DNA of 64,000 bases from Lobosporangium transversale (Eukaryota). Below the pieces are notes generated by a model that was given only the letters and a program-made list of their open reading frames with translations, searched no databases and was not told the origin of the DNA. Below are positions 51,861 to 64,000 of the stretch, in pieces. Position numbers and translations under genes: made by a program. The DNA is taken from positions 620,001 to 684,000 of the forward strand of contig NW_019028994.1 in NCBI RefSeq assembly GCF_002105155.1, given 5' to 3'. Numbering within the stretch: position 1 is the first letter of the stretch; every line of letters starts with the position of its first letter.

Positions 51861-52403
51861 GGAAATAAGAATTTAAAAATAAAAATAAAAATAAAAGCAG
51901 GAATAAAAATAAAAATAAAAAAAAGCAAAATAAAATAAAATATGTGATTATTATTTTTTTTTAAAAAAAGAATAAAAGGTAAGGACAGATTGAGGGGGCA
52001 AAGAATGAAATGAGTGAACAAAGATGTAATGAATGAGTAAAATGAACAAATGTGAACGAGATGAAGTCGAATGCAGGCTCTGAACTTTATTTAATGCATG
52101 ATCATTGTGACGCTTTCTACATCGGCTCTCAACATGATCAGCCCAGGCATGCTTTTTTCTCTTTCATTTCTTCATTCTCTTTGTTTCCTTTCATTGGCGT
52201 CCTTGACTTATTAAATCTTTTTTTAATTACATCAATTGTATTTTATTTTTCCTCTTTTTTTTTTAGTTCTTGATTTTCTGAATACATTACAGAGCTTTTG
52301 TGCGTAAATTAGATATTACTAGTTAATTATGAGTACTATTCGACTAACTGAAGAGTGGAGGGGAAGCTAAAAAAAAAAAAAAAAAAGAAACATATCAATG
52401 GAT

Positions 52404-55400
52404 CTAGTAAGGTGGGATCACCAGTGAGAGCGAGCTGTCCTTTGTAGGTACCGTAACCTGGATCGAATTCAATAGATCTGCAAGTTCTGGTCGCGATGTT
52501 GCCAAGTTGGACGAAATCGATAAAGATGAGCCACCGTTGATGCTCGACTGATGATGCTTCGAACGCTGGCCAGAGTGCATGTAGAAGCGTTGTAATGCGG
52601 GTGATGGTCCATGTGATTCACTTCCGGCAACCGAGCTGTTGGTGTCACCCCCGTCTGCCGCCTGATGAGCAGCCGACAATGCCTGCTTGAGATTCTCAAC
52701 TCCAATGGTCTTGTGCGACTGATTGGCCTCTTCATTCAAATTGTCCTTGAAGAAGCTTGTGCGTCGACTGATCTGTGTTGATTGAACTGAGCCTTCTGCA
52801 GACTCATCTGTTGAGAGCAATCCGTTGGCTTGTGTAGAGGGTGGCATTACAATCTTTGGTAAAGCCCAGTCCTCCAAAAGGCGTGACACTCGGATTCGGC
52901 CTTCACCTTTGGGTCCCAATAGACTCTGATTTCCAGCGATGTTCATAGATGAAAAGAGGATCGAGTTGTTGCCTTCTTTGGCCGACTGTGCAGAGAGTAG
53001 GTTGGATTGGGTTTCAGGGTTATAGGCGAAACTGAATCTGTCTGCTCCGGATCGGAATCGATCCGAGACAGTTGTGAGCAAAGTGATCAGGTGCTCCCGT
53101 GCGAGAGGATGTGTCAGCACAGGGGAAAGAGGCTCCGATGGTGCTTCCCACTGGTGACCAATTGTTCTCGTCAGGGACTCTTGGTTCTCATAATAGATCG
53201 GGTACCACTGAGACTCGCCCTCCCGGGATTTTTGGATGTTTTCCAGATACTCCAAGGGCTCGGCCATTCCGTAGCTGCTCACAGCCTTTTGCAAGTAAAT
53301 GACGATGACGGTTGCAATAGCACGCTTACGGGCTACCAATATAGTAGGATCCTGCTCATGTCCAGATCCGTCTTCGGCATCCTCCTGCAAGCTCCAGTCC
53401 TGAAGTGAGAACAAAACAGGCACAACTCGCATAAACTCATCATCCTGAAAGTGTGCAAACAAGGCTCTAAGGATTCCATAGATAGCAGCCATATCGGTCG
53501 GGGTGGCTGTGGGGAGACGTGCGTAAGCATGCAAAGTCTGATGAGTCGCAGCACGGAAATACAAATCGCTAGAGACTGCCGGAGCCGGAGTAGCTAGCAA
53601 TGACTCTTGGCTGTGGCCCTCATCCTCGGTCGCCAAGAAGGTGATGAGCGCCTGTGCGAAAGCAGTTCGGACGCCCACATTCTCGTCAAGCAAGAGACCA
53701 AGGCAGGGTGTCAAAAGCTCGGAAGAAATCTCGGCAACATGAAGACCTGACTCGTGGCGGCCATGCTCTTTGCTTGTCTTGATGACAGAGGTAAGGCATT
53801 TGAGCTGAGCCTTGCGGTATTCTGTAGTTGGCACACCATCGATGGTATCTGGCTGGGGAGCGATGCCGATCTTGTGGGACAATTTGCTGACGATATGGGA
53901 AATGATGTGAGGGATTTGGTTGCTGTAATAGATATGGGTTGCAAGACCACCTAAAATGCATAAAAATAGAAAAAGAAAATTAATAAAGTAAGCAATCATG
54001 TTCATGTAAGAGGAAATTATTTTAAGACATGTTACACACACATAATGTATTCGAAAAGAGTAAAAAAAAAAAAAAAAAAAAAAAATGCTTTCTCAAAAAG
54101 AGACGAATTCGTACCCACACTCCTGGTAAGACCATCCTGAATGAGTGTCTCAAGAACAAGCAACTGGCTGGATTCACCCTCTTTGCTCAACGATGTTGAA
54201 ACAGAAAGGGATTTCGAGAGGGCCGTCAAAAGTGAATTCAGAACCTCGAGGACGGGCATGCCAACGAGGGTCAAGGGTGAATACAGAATAGCCTCCAATG
54301 CAGAGATCAATGTGACTTTTTTCTGCAATCGCAGAGACATCTCCGGGGTGGTCGAGTCGACACTATCAATCCGTGCAATAACCTCGTTGACGACCATATA
54401 ACGGAACTGTGGCATGATTGGGTTCATGATGGCCTTGATGATTCCAACAGTGATGCTTGAAGGCCACCAGACTCCATATTCGTCCAGATAAGAGAAGGTG
54501 GGCTCCAATGCCTGTCTGACATTGTCGCCGTTTTGTGTTTTAAAAAGAGCACGGAGACACTGCAGTGCGTGAGCTGTAACCTCATCCTCTGCAACGTCCT
54601 TCTCCACATGGGTCGGTGCACGTGTTGATGTTGATGGGCGTGGAGAGGCTGGTGCGGAGGAAGAGTCCTCCAACGAGATTTGAATGCCATCCTTAGCGTC
54701 GATCAGACAGTCGATGATGGAAGGAAGGACGAGATTGAGCTGAGACTTGTGGTCGTATGCGTGGAGTGCAGCAGATGAAACGACACTCTCCAGAGCCTTT
54801 AGGCCAACCAATCGGTACTTGTTGTTCTCATCGCCCTGTAGGGTTGCAATATCGGAGAACCGAGCCACAACACGCTCATAAAGAGTTCGGAAGTCTTGGT
54901 CTACACCCAGGGTGGAGCCATCATGAGCGGCGCAAAAGGCTGAAAAGACGATCTGGCAATGCCTGACAATGTCAAAGTCCGATGTGTCGACCAGGAGAGT
55001 GTCAAGGATGGCAACAATATTTTTGGAGAAGATGTTGAGATGACCCTTGCTTGCGATCAAGAGTGCTTTGATAATCTCGAGTGAACAATGGACATCACTG
55101 AGTAGGTAAGAGAAAGAGAGAGAAAGAGAATGAAAGAAAACAGACAAAGAGGATTATATGGTGTTATTTTGGTAATTAAAACACAAAATGCATGCGAATG
55201 ACAGCACAAAGTAGAAGGACTGTAGAGTTGAAAAGCAAAGTGTCAAAGTGTCAAAGTGTCGAGGAAAACGCAGCATTCACACATGATGCTTCATGTGGAT
55301 AACCAAATGCTGAGCTGTTGTGTTCCCATTCCTCAAGCACAGCACATGTCTGTTTGTGATGCTCAGCCATGCTGATCAAATGTAACAGGGATCTTTCTAG

Positions 55401-56254
55401 TACGACCCAACAAATCAACAAATCAACAAGCATCTCTGGTGAATGTTGTATGCACAAGAGGGAAAGAACCTTTTCAGACCATGCCATGCTAATCCAGCTC
55501 TACTTTTTTTTTTACTCTCATCATTCTATTTCCTTCTTGTCTTTTTTTTTTTTTTTTTCCTTCCAACTTTTGTTGTGCTCTCATTTAATGCTAATTCTGT
55601 TTTGGTTCTTTCCCCCTCTGAAATAGCTTCCCGTCTCCAGATGTTGTATGATTCGTCTGAACAATACAATCTTTGATCGCCTCTTTTTTGATGCTCATAA
55701 AGTTAAATTAATGATTAAAATAAAAAAAATAAAAAAAAATAGAGTGTTGGCGCATTTTTTTTGTCACTTACTTGAGTCGTTTCTTGCGATAGTCGCGCAC
55801 GACTTTGTTCTCGATGAAGCTACCGACTTTAGTCAGCTTGACGGGTTTGGAGGTGGTATAAAAGACCAAGTAGGAGAGCTCACTTGATTTGGGACCCTTC
55901 TCATCCGACTTTGCGGGATAACAGTTATTGATTAACGAAGCATGCTTGACATATCTGGAGGGGATGAGGGATGAGTGCGTTGCATTCGGATGGGGCACAG
56001 GTGGAACGGGTGGGACCGATCCGTTAGCATTGAGGGACAGGCCATGAATAGAGGAAGCAGACACGGACGCAGACCGAGAGCGAGGTGTAGGAGGAGTAGG
56101 AGTGATGGAAAGAACAGAGGCAGAAGAGGAAGTGGTCATGATTTGATTAGTATAGCTCGAGTACAGTCAGGGGAAAGAATGTTGAAGACGTTGAGAGGTT
56201 AAAAAAAATGTAAAAAGAATTAGAAGAGTAAAAGGATGAAAAGACAGAGAGATG

Positions 56255-56292
<38 letters not shown>

Positions 56293-57390
56293 AAGAGAGA
56301 GAGGGAAAGGATGAAAAGGATAGAGAGTGTAGGAAGGAGAGGTAAAAGTTAGGGAGGATAAAAAGACAAGACAAAGACAGGGACAATGGAGGAGTCAAGG
56401 TCGAGTTGAATAAAGGAGTAAAGGAGTGAGCCAGAGAGGAAAAGGAAAAGGAAAAAGAGAAAAAGATGAAGACAAACTAGAAAAGAGAAAAGAAAAGAAA
56501 AAAGAAAAAAAGGATGTAATTTTCTTTTCATCACATTGCCTCTCATCCGATGAATTGCATTAATAGTTTTCCTTTTCTTCATTTAGCATTTAGCACCATT
56601 TGCTCATCCTCTCTGGCTGATCATCCACAAACCAAAAAAAAGAGAGAGAGAAAGACAGTCCGCACAGAGCCACAAAAGGAAGTTGCTAGTGTGAGGAAAT
56701 AGCTTTTGAGCCCATTTTCTTCTTTTTTCACGCTCTTGTAACACTTCACACTTTACACTTCACACTACGCACTATGCACTACGCACTACGCACTACGCAT
56801 ACACTTTGATTGATCTATATTAATTACATTGCCGCGCATAGCCTTCGAACCACTTTTTTTTTTACAATCTTTTTTAAATACTTTCATTCACCCCCAATCA
56901 CAATAAGGTTCTCTGTCTCCTTGCAACAATCATGCCTTGGTCTGGAAGCAATTAAAACAAAAAACAAGGTACAGTCGTACGACTGTCTAAAGTACATAAA
57001 CTCCGTTACAACCACTCTCCACATCATTGTTATAATTGTTGTTATTATTATTATTGTTATTATTATTATTTCTTTTTTTTTTTTTTCCTTTTACAACTGC
57101 GCGTTACAAAATAAATACATATTTGTGTGCTGTAATTACAACGATGTTATTCCATCCAAAGCTAATATTTCAGTGTGCATAACATCATGACCGCTCAATG
57201 ATAGACATGTGCTCACAATCAATTGAGTGCATTCTTCCTCCCCTTTTCCCTTTCCCTTTTTTTTTTCTTTTTCAATCATCCAGTTAAACGGGTGAACGGG
57301 AATAGAACGTTGCAGAGGGTGTAAAGATCGAAAGGGGAAGTATAAAAATTAAGCGCGTTCATGAGGGCTGTATTACCTGCAGCAGATCAT
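52404..57390 (-). CDS. EFR3: EFR3 (PI4-kinase Stt4/PI4KA plasma-membrane anchor); exons 57390-57377, 55954-55772, 55097-~54118, ~53951-52404
   Basis: KHASLINNCYP...PKSSELSYLVFYTTSKPVKLTKVGSFIE N-terminal EFR3 signature and Arm-like helical body. The first exon is predicted; an alternative in-frame ATG lies at 56139. Confidence 0.88.
56742..56805. repeat. Heptamer tandem repeat (CACTACG/CACTTCA)n inside EFR3 intron 1
   Basis: acttcacactttacacttcacactacgcactatgcactacgcactacgcactacgcatacact. Confidence 0.7.
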
Positions 57391-57736
57391 GGCTATGACT
57401 AGACTGGGCTGTAGCGGGAGTGAAAGTGAAGAGTAAGTAAAGAGAAAAGACAGAGTGAAGAGAGAGAGAGAGAGAGAGAGAAAAGGAAAAAGGAATTGTA
57501 AAGAGGTGAGAATGTGTTTTTTCAAAGATCACTGCAAGTTGGAATGAATCGGCAAAGTCGACATTCACTTGATGCACTACGCCGCCGCTTTTTTTTTTTT
57601 TTTTTTTTTTTTAAATCCTTACTTTTTCTTATATATTCACTTCACTCGGTAAAATGTAAGTAATGAACAAAAGAGAGAGAGGTGTAGCCGAATGAGAGAA
57701 TGAATGGAAGCGTAATACAAATGTGAATGCAAACTT

Positions 57737-57755
57737 TGTTGTTGTTGTCGTTGTT

Positions 57756-57800
<45 letters not shown>
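57737..57800. repeat. (GTT)/(GTTGTC)n microsatellite, followed by GA-rich repeats
   Basis: Direct reading of the sequence. Confidence 0.85.
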
Positions 57801-60529
57801 ACAAAGTTATTAAAGTTGACTGGTGGAGAGAGAGAGAGAGAGAGAGAGATAGGGTGTTAGTGTGTCAACTAACGTCAGTCAACGTCAGATACAATCCAGT
57901 TGATTGTGTTGATTGTGTGAGATAAAGAGAAGATAAAGAAAGAGAGAAAGAGAGAGAACGAACAAAACGGGTAAAAGGAGCAAAACGGGTAAAAGATGAA
58001 ACCTGAGCAGGTAATGACAGTGAGAGTGAGAGAGTGAGAGAGTGAGAGTGAGAGTAAAGAGCAAGTAAAGAGAGTGAATGAGAGTAGAGAGTAAGAGAGA
58101 GAAGAGAATAAAGAGAGTAGAGAATGCAGACAGACTGCAGAGTAAAAGAGTGAGAGCGTTGTAATTGTCTGAGCATGTATCAGAAATTGAAGAGGAAGAA
58201 AAGTGAGAAAAAAGACAATCAAAAAAAAAAGCGTCATGAACACACCACATTGACATTAGACATGATTTGATTTGATTTGATTTGATCAGTGCAAGAAATT
58301 ACCCACTACCTGATTCACATTCATGTTCCCATCAACCCAACTGCATTCTGCATCATGAAGCATCGGAAACAGCAACAGCAAAACTCTAACCTCTCTTTCT
58401 TTCTTTTTTATGCTTTTTGCATTTCATGCATTCACAATGTCGTTTTCAAAGGAATTAAAAAGGAAAAAGAAGGTTATATTTCCCAATTGCTCCCTCCACT
58501 CCACTCTTCTTTTTCTTTTACTTTCCCTCAGTCAGTGGAATGTCAATTAAACAGGAGGATTACTCATGGTGCTAGTGAGTCTACCATGCCATGCCATGCT
58601 ATGCTATGCTATGCCAGCAATGATGTTTATTTCCTATAGTCTGATAATAGATGACCATTCCCCTCTTTTTCTTTCTCTCCTATCCCTTCCTATCACAAGG
58701 GAAAGAAGTGAAAGATGAAACAAATTTTCACAAAAAAAAAAGTATGACATCACGTGCCACAGAAATGGCCCGTGCTCATGGAATGATGTTTTGTTTGTAA
58801 TTAAATGAAATGAAAAATTAAAATGTGGTCCAGTTCGGCCTTGTCAGTCATTTGCTTTCTTTAAATACCGATATGCACTCGAAAGCAATCTAGAACCCCA
58901 TAGGTCCATAGGTTAGCATAGGTTAGGGAAAAGAAAAAAAAGAAAAAGAAAAGAATAAAAGACGCGTCTTGAATCTTCTCCTTGTATTACATAATGTCTA
59001 CCTTTTGGCTGTACTATGATCAACTTGGCGTATAATATTACTGTTCCTATTGTCCCATGTTATGAAGCATCCAGATAAGGATAGGAAAAAATGCTAATGA
59101 TGGGCATCCAACACGATCTGTTTTGTTTTTTTGGTCCTTCTTCCTCTAAAGAATTCCGATCTATTTCTCCATATCTTTTTACGGATCTCTTTTTTCAGTA
59201 ATATAAAGCATTTGTACATGTAAATACATATTAATATCGATACTCAAGTGGCGGCAAATTGAGACAGGGCACAGAGGCGCACATGCCAGGCGTCAATAAT
59301 CTAACACAAAGTTATTCAGTCGGTCTTACATGGATCATTTCATTTATCCTCTCCTTCACAGCCCACTAAACCCCATATTTTTTTTTCATTTCTTTTGATA
59401 CAACAACACTAAAGTCTTGAGGATTCATTTTGATTTTTTTTCTCACAGTGTGACACGAATATAAAACATCAAAAAATAAAAAATAAAAAATAAAAAATAA
59501 AAAATAAAAAAATTCGCTCTCCGCTTGTCCTTGGTATTGACCATATTAGATTTCGGATGGCTGTATTTGAACCATTCCTTCCTTTTTTCCATCTTTCTGA
59601 TATCTCCCATCTACCTCTTATACCTTGTCTCGAGATTTTACCAAGGTGGGATGGTGGGAGAATCGAAGCAAGAATATGGGGGACATACAGTAGTCTTGCA
59701 TATATATAATATATATATACATCTCCCATGTTGGGGTTGGCTTTCTTTTTTCTTTTTTCTTTTTTTTTCTGTACCGTGTTCTGTTCCTATTCCTGTGCTG
59801 TACTGCGTCTGTGTGTGAATCTTTTGGTTTTATATAAATCATTGTTCACCTCTTGCCCGATTGTACGCTATGAATTCATTTAATCCCCTTTTTTTTTTTT
59901 TTTTTTTTTTTTTACGACGATATAAACAACACAATCATGCATCAAATCATGTCATCCCACAGCTGCTCTTGACTTTTTGCTGCTTTGTTAAAATATTGAT
60001 TCAGTCAATGATGACACGGATGTCCCAAGCAGGATTGTGAGACTGTCATCCATGCATCCACAGTACAAAAAAGAAAATACCACATCCAAACTTCTGTCGC
60101 GACAATCCATTCCGACGATTGACATCAGCTGCATAAAAAGAAAGCGTTTTTCTCCGCTCCGAAAAGGAAAAGGAGACAGAATGAAAAGAGAACACGTCCG
60201 GTAGTCAATCGTCAACGAAAGGAAAGAAAAAGTCCCCCGCCTTTGCACTGTCACTTCATCCTATTCAATCTTCCTCATCCTCTCTCTTTTTTTTTTTCTT
60301 TTTTTCTTTTTACTTTTTTTCATCTTTCACTCTTTGAACGATACTCCTCTCGCATCTCATCTCTCCATCCTTTTTCCCTTTTCCTTTCCCTTTACTTCAT
60401 CCTCTCCATCAACATCAAGACCCTCTCTGGCCTTTCGTCTCTTTGTCCTACCCAACCCTTTACGACCAAACATCTTAATATCCAAGCTGACTGCGGTCGC
60501 TGACATATTGCTCAAACCTTGTACAGCAA

Positions 60530-62493
60530 ATGGCCAACAATACACTGAGCGTTCCTTCGCTCGAGACGCTCCATCCAGAGCCAAAGATCTCTCGTCGCGC
60601 GCCAAATCGCTCGACCCCTAGCGAAAAGCCACAGACATCCATCCTTCATCGTCTCCGAAAATCATCTAGTAAGCAATTAAAGCAGCAGCAACAACAACGA
60701 CAGCCTCAGGATCACCAATCTTCTCAGGTACAGCACACACACCTTCTAGTCAGACCTCCACCACTGGACCTGAATAAATCCACAGATACCTCCCCTACTA
60801 TGGCTCAATCCTCTCTTCCTTCTGCACCATGCTCACCTGCCTCATCCATCTCCTTCAACTCCTCTTCTTCTTCTTCTCCTTCTTCTTCATCTTCAGACCT
60901 GCACGAGAATCTTGAAAGTCACGAACATGACCATGCCCATGACAATGCCCATGGATCATCGCGTCGATCATCCAAAGACTCGACCTCGTCTCAGTCCTCT
61001 ACCGTCCCACGCACTTCATCCCATGGAAACTCTTTGGCCCGTTTGAAGCAATCATTCTCTTTGAAGGTGAAAGGCCGACGCGTCGGAACTGATCCTGAAC
61101 CCTCCCCTGCCTCTGACCCTGTCCCCATTCCTATTGTTACTTCTACTTCTACTTCTACAACTACCACTACTATCGTTCGCAATAGTAGTAAAACTGGCGC
61201 AACGGAGAAAGCCCCTTTACCGATCACTATGAAGGCTAGCAACCAGGCTTCTCCAACGGTCGATTCATTCTCTAGAAAGAAGAGCACTCTGAAGCGATGG
61301 CAAAACAGAGGTGCAACCAAATTAAAAGATTGGTTGCATATTCAGCAACATCCTTATCCTAATGATCAAAACCAAAGCCAAAACCAAGGTCAAGGTCAAG
61401 GTCAACACCACCGACATCACCTCGTTCGCCACCCCTCGCGACGCGAGACTCCCTCGTTTGCACCACCACTAACACCACCCTCATCACCCTCTCTCCGCCC
61501 GGTCATTGGTACTGATAACAACAGCAAGGAAATTGTTGATGAACAGATCAATATCGTTGCACAAGAGCCCGAATTCTTGGATACACATTTGCTCTCACCC
61601 AATGTAGAAATCCCAACAGCCACCATTGAAGGAATGTTTGCTCTTCAGACCGTTTCGCAGGACGAAAATCATGCTCATGATCTCAACAACCACGTCACCA
61701 ATGATAACGACGACACCGTCCCGGTTCATCGCCGTACATCATCATCCGACCGTCCATTATTCGCTTATTCTTCTCATTATCAATCTGCACAAGAGTACCA
61801 ACGCACTCATCGCCGTCGACGTAGTGACATTGGCCCCTCATTGTCTCACAAGAAAGTATCTGCCTCTGTGGCGGCAGCAGGACCAGGCCGTATCCCACCT
61901 CGATCCTCATCCTTACCCCGTTCATTTGGTCCGAGAAGAAGTAGCTCCCATAATTTGCCTACTTTGAACAAAACCAGGGCATCACAATCAATCTCAACCG
62001 AACATCACAAAGATAATGACATCGAGCACTCTATTCATGATCAAGATGATTACTTAGATGAGTCTGATCCATACAATCAGATATATCCACAAAGTACTAC
62101 CATCCTGGAAGACGTTCTCGAAGACAATGTTGAAGAACAGGAACTGGGATCAGAACTACGACTGAAGCTGCAGGAACAGGAGCCGGCCCTTTGTCTCGAA
62201 TACCCTTCAGAAACTGTTGCCCTTGAGCAAGTCATAGTTGAGCCAATCACACCACCATCAGACCAACGGGTAGTAACTGTCGACGACTTGCTGGATCAAG
62301 TTGACGAGCATCTGAAACACAATGTGGCTCAACAACTCCATAGAATGGCCCATCCACCCCATCGTCGTCGTCTACATGTTCGTTCACTCCCTAGGCGTCA
62401 ACTATGGGCAAAATTGGAGCTGAAACGTCGCGAAAAGAAAAACTGCAAGGCTTCAAAGAGCCAAGGTAATATACATTTACAAATTGTTACGGA

Positions 62494-62527
<34 letters not shown>

Positions 62528-63283
62528 GTATACTGTTTAATTAATAATGACTATATAACCTTCACTTTATTATTAGACATGAAATCCCCAAGGAGCCTAC
62601 AGATAATCAAAAAGATCCAAATCAACGCAACATCAGAGAAGGAGGAAGAGGAGGACGCGAACAGCGATAGTGATTCGCTGGAGATGTTATCTGTTGGATC
62701 CTCATCCTCTCAGAGTGATGTAGAATCAACCATGTTTGAGTTATTCAGGGCCATCGATGAGGCCATAGACGAGACTTCCGATACCTCTTTTAGTCTGTCT
62801 TCAAGCGACGATGACGGTGAAGACCAAGAAGAGGACCAAGACTATGCACATGGCCATGGACACATAGAGTCGATGATGGATCCAGATGACGACAACGACA
62901 ACGACTACGACTATGACTATGACTATGACTACGAGAGGATGGATCGTTCTTTTTGGTCATCTTCATCTTGTACACTTCATGATGCAGTACTACCTGAAAC
63001 AGAGCAAGCAGCGAAAATGACGGATCTCACAACGATAACAACAACAACAAGAGATGATGATGAACCTCTCCTTTCAAGAAAAAAAGGTGAACATCATTCT
63101 TTGGTTGTGGCCACGACTAACAACAACAATAGCAGTAACTCTCGAGGCATTGTGATCGGTACTCTCGAATCTATGTATCCAACGACCAGTACTCGGTGGT
63201 GTCGCCAGTCTGGACCATGCACCCTTGCTGTCATTGACTTTTGGTCCACAGAGCCCCACTTGAAAGAGCCGTTGGGTCTTTAA
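60530..63283 (+). CDS. Hypothetical intrinsically disordered Ser/His/Asp-rich protein; likely intron 62466-62576
   Basis: 917-codon open frame with low-complexity tracts. The poly-T stretch lies between GT (62466) and AG (62576), 111 nt and in frame. No recognisable domain. Confidence 0.7.
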
Positions 63284-64000
63284 AAAAAAAAAAAAAAAAA
63301 AAAAAAGCAACAAAGTAATAAATTATACCTCCGTTTTTTTTTTTTTTTTTTTTTTTTTTTCTTTTTCTTTTACAAAGATTATATTAGCTTTCTGGACCTT
63401 TAATTCCCATCCCACGCTCTTCGGAACGCATCTACTGAGGCTTTTTTTATTTTTTTTTATTTTTTTTTATTTTTATTTCCTTTGATCAGTTGCAATGATA
63501 AATCTCGTATTCGCGACAGAAGAAAAAAAAAAAAAAAAAAGGAAAAGAAAAAAAGCTGATCGCGATCAGCTTGAAGATGGCATGTGGTTCTCACACGGCA
63601 ACGACATACATGCTTTGTTTCGTAAAATACCCATATTTTTTTTTTTTTTTTTTTTTTTCTTGCTTTTATTTTCTCTTTCTTTCGTTTCATTTCATCTTTT
63701 TCACATTGCACATAACTCGAACAATTAACTACAAGAACAACAGTAATAAAAAAAAAAAGGAAATATACATATAAAAATGTGTCATGGTGAGTTTACGGCG
63801 TCAATAAATAAAAAAAAAGTTCAGTAACTAGAGTAAAAGTAAAAGCATTGGACTAAATGAGATCGATTGGAATCTTTCTGTGGGTTATAAAACACACACA
63901 AGCTACTCCCAAACAAATTTACTGCCGTCGAAACGGTTGCAGCTTGCCCATCAATGTAGATCTGGTTAGGAATACCCGTCATGGCTATTGCTCAATCGGC

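Noticed and set aside
55443..55481. ATGATGA...CTGA on the - strand of EFR3 intron 2 (C/D box-like, extending to ~55525)
   Set aside because: Too short, contains a poly(A) run and has no guide complementarity.
56147..60503. Numerous Phe/Leu/Ser- or Lys-rich short ORFs here and throughout introns
   Set aside because: Translations of poly(T)/poly(A)/GA microsatellites or antisense shadows of real genes.
1..64000. tRNA, rRNA or CRISPR arrays
   Set aside because: None recognised by eye; a covariance-model scan was not possible.

Overview
Intron-rich fungal genomic DNA. Gene content (Arm-NACHT-pentapeptide-WD40 NLR-like genes, Crinkler, tandem coronin, STELLO-like GT) and poly(A/T)-rich introns point to Mortierellaceae/Mucoromycota; this is an inference. 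Conserved genes: HAD-IIA/CECR5-like hydrolase, ammonium transporter, multicopper oxidase, NADP-isocitrate dehydrogenase, AP-3 delta, pyruvate kinase, STELLO/DUF288 glycosyltransferase, coronin-7, EFR3 and a long disordered ORF. Two accessory zones each carry a NACHT-WD40 paralog. Zone 1 (0.9-9.3 kb) has a gag-only DIRS1-type retroelement with complete ITR/ICR end structure, a 177-bp MITE and an apparently intact NLR. Zone 2 (36.4-46.4 kb) has a broken NLR paralog in which ~1.78 kb was replaced by a ~5.6 kb mosaic: an orphan ORF, a Crinkler NTPase-nuclease pseudogene, a TTAA-flanked non-autonomous piggyBac and a spliced gene fragment. A hidden 14-nt coding micro-exon (MICCR) 1.4 kb upstream of EFR3 would supply its di-cysteine anchor. 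All calls were made by eye, without database searches.
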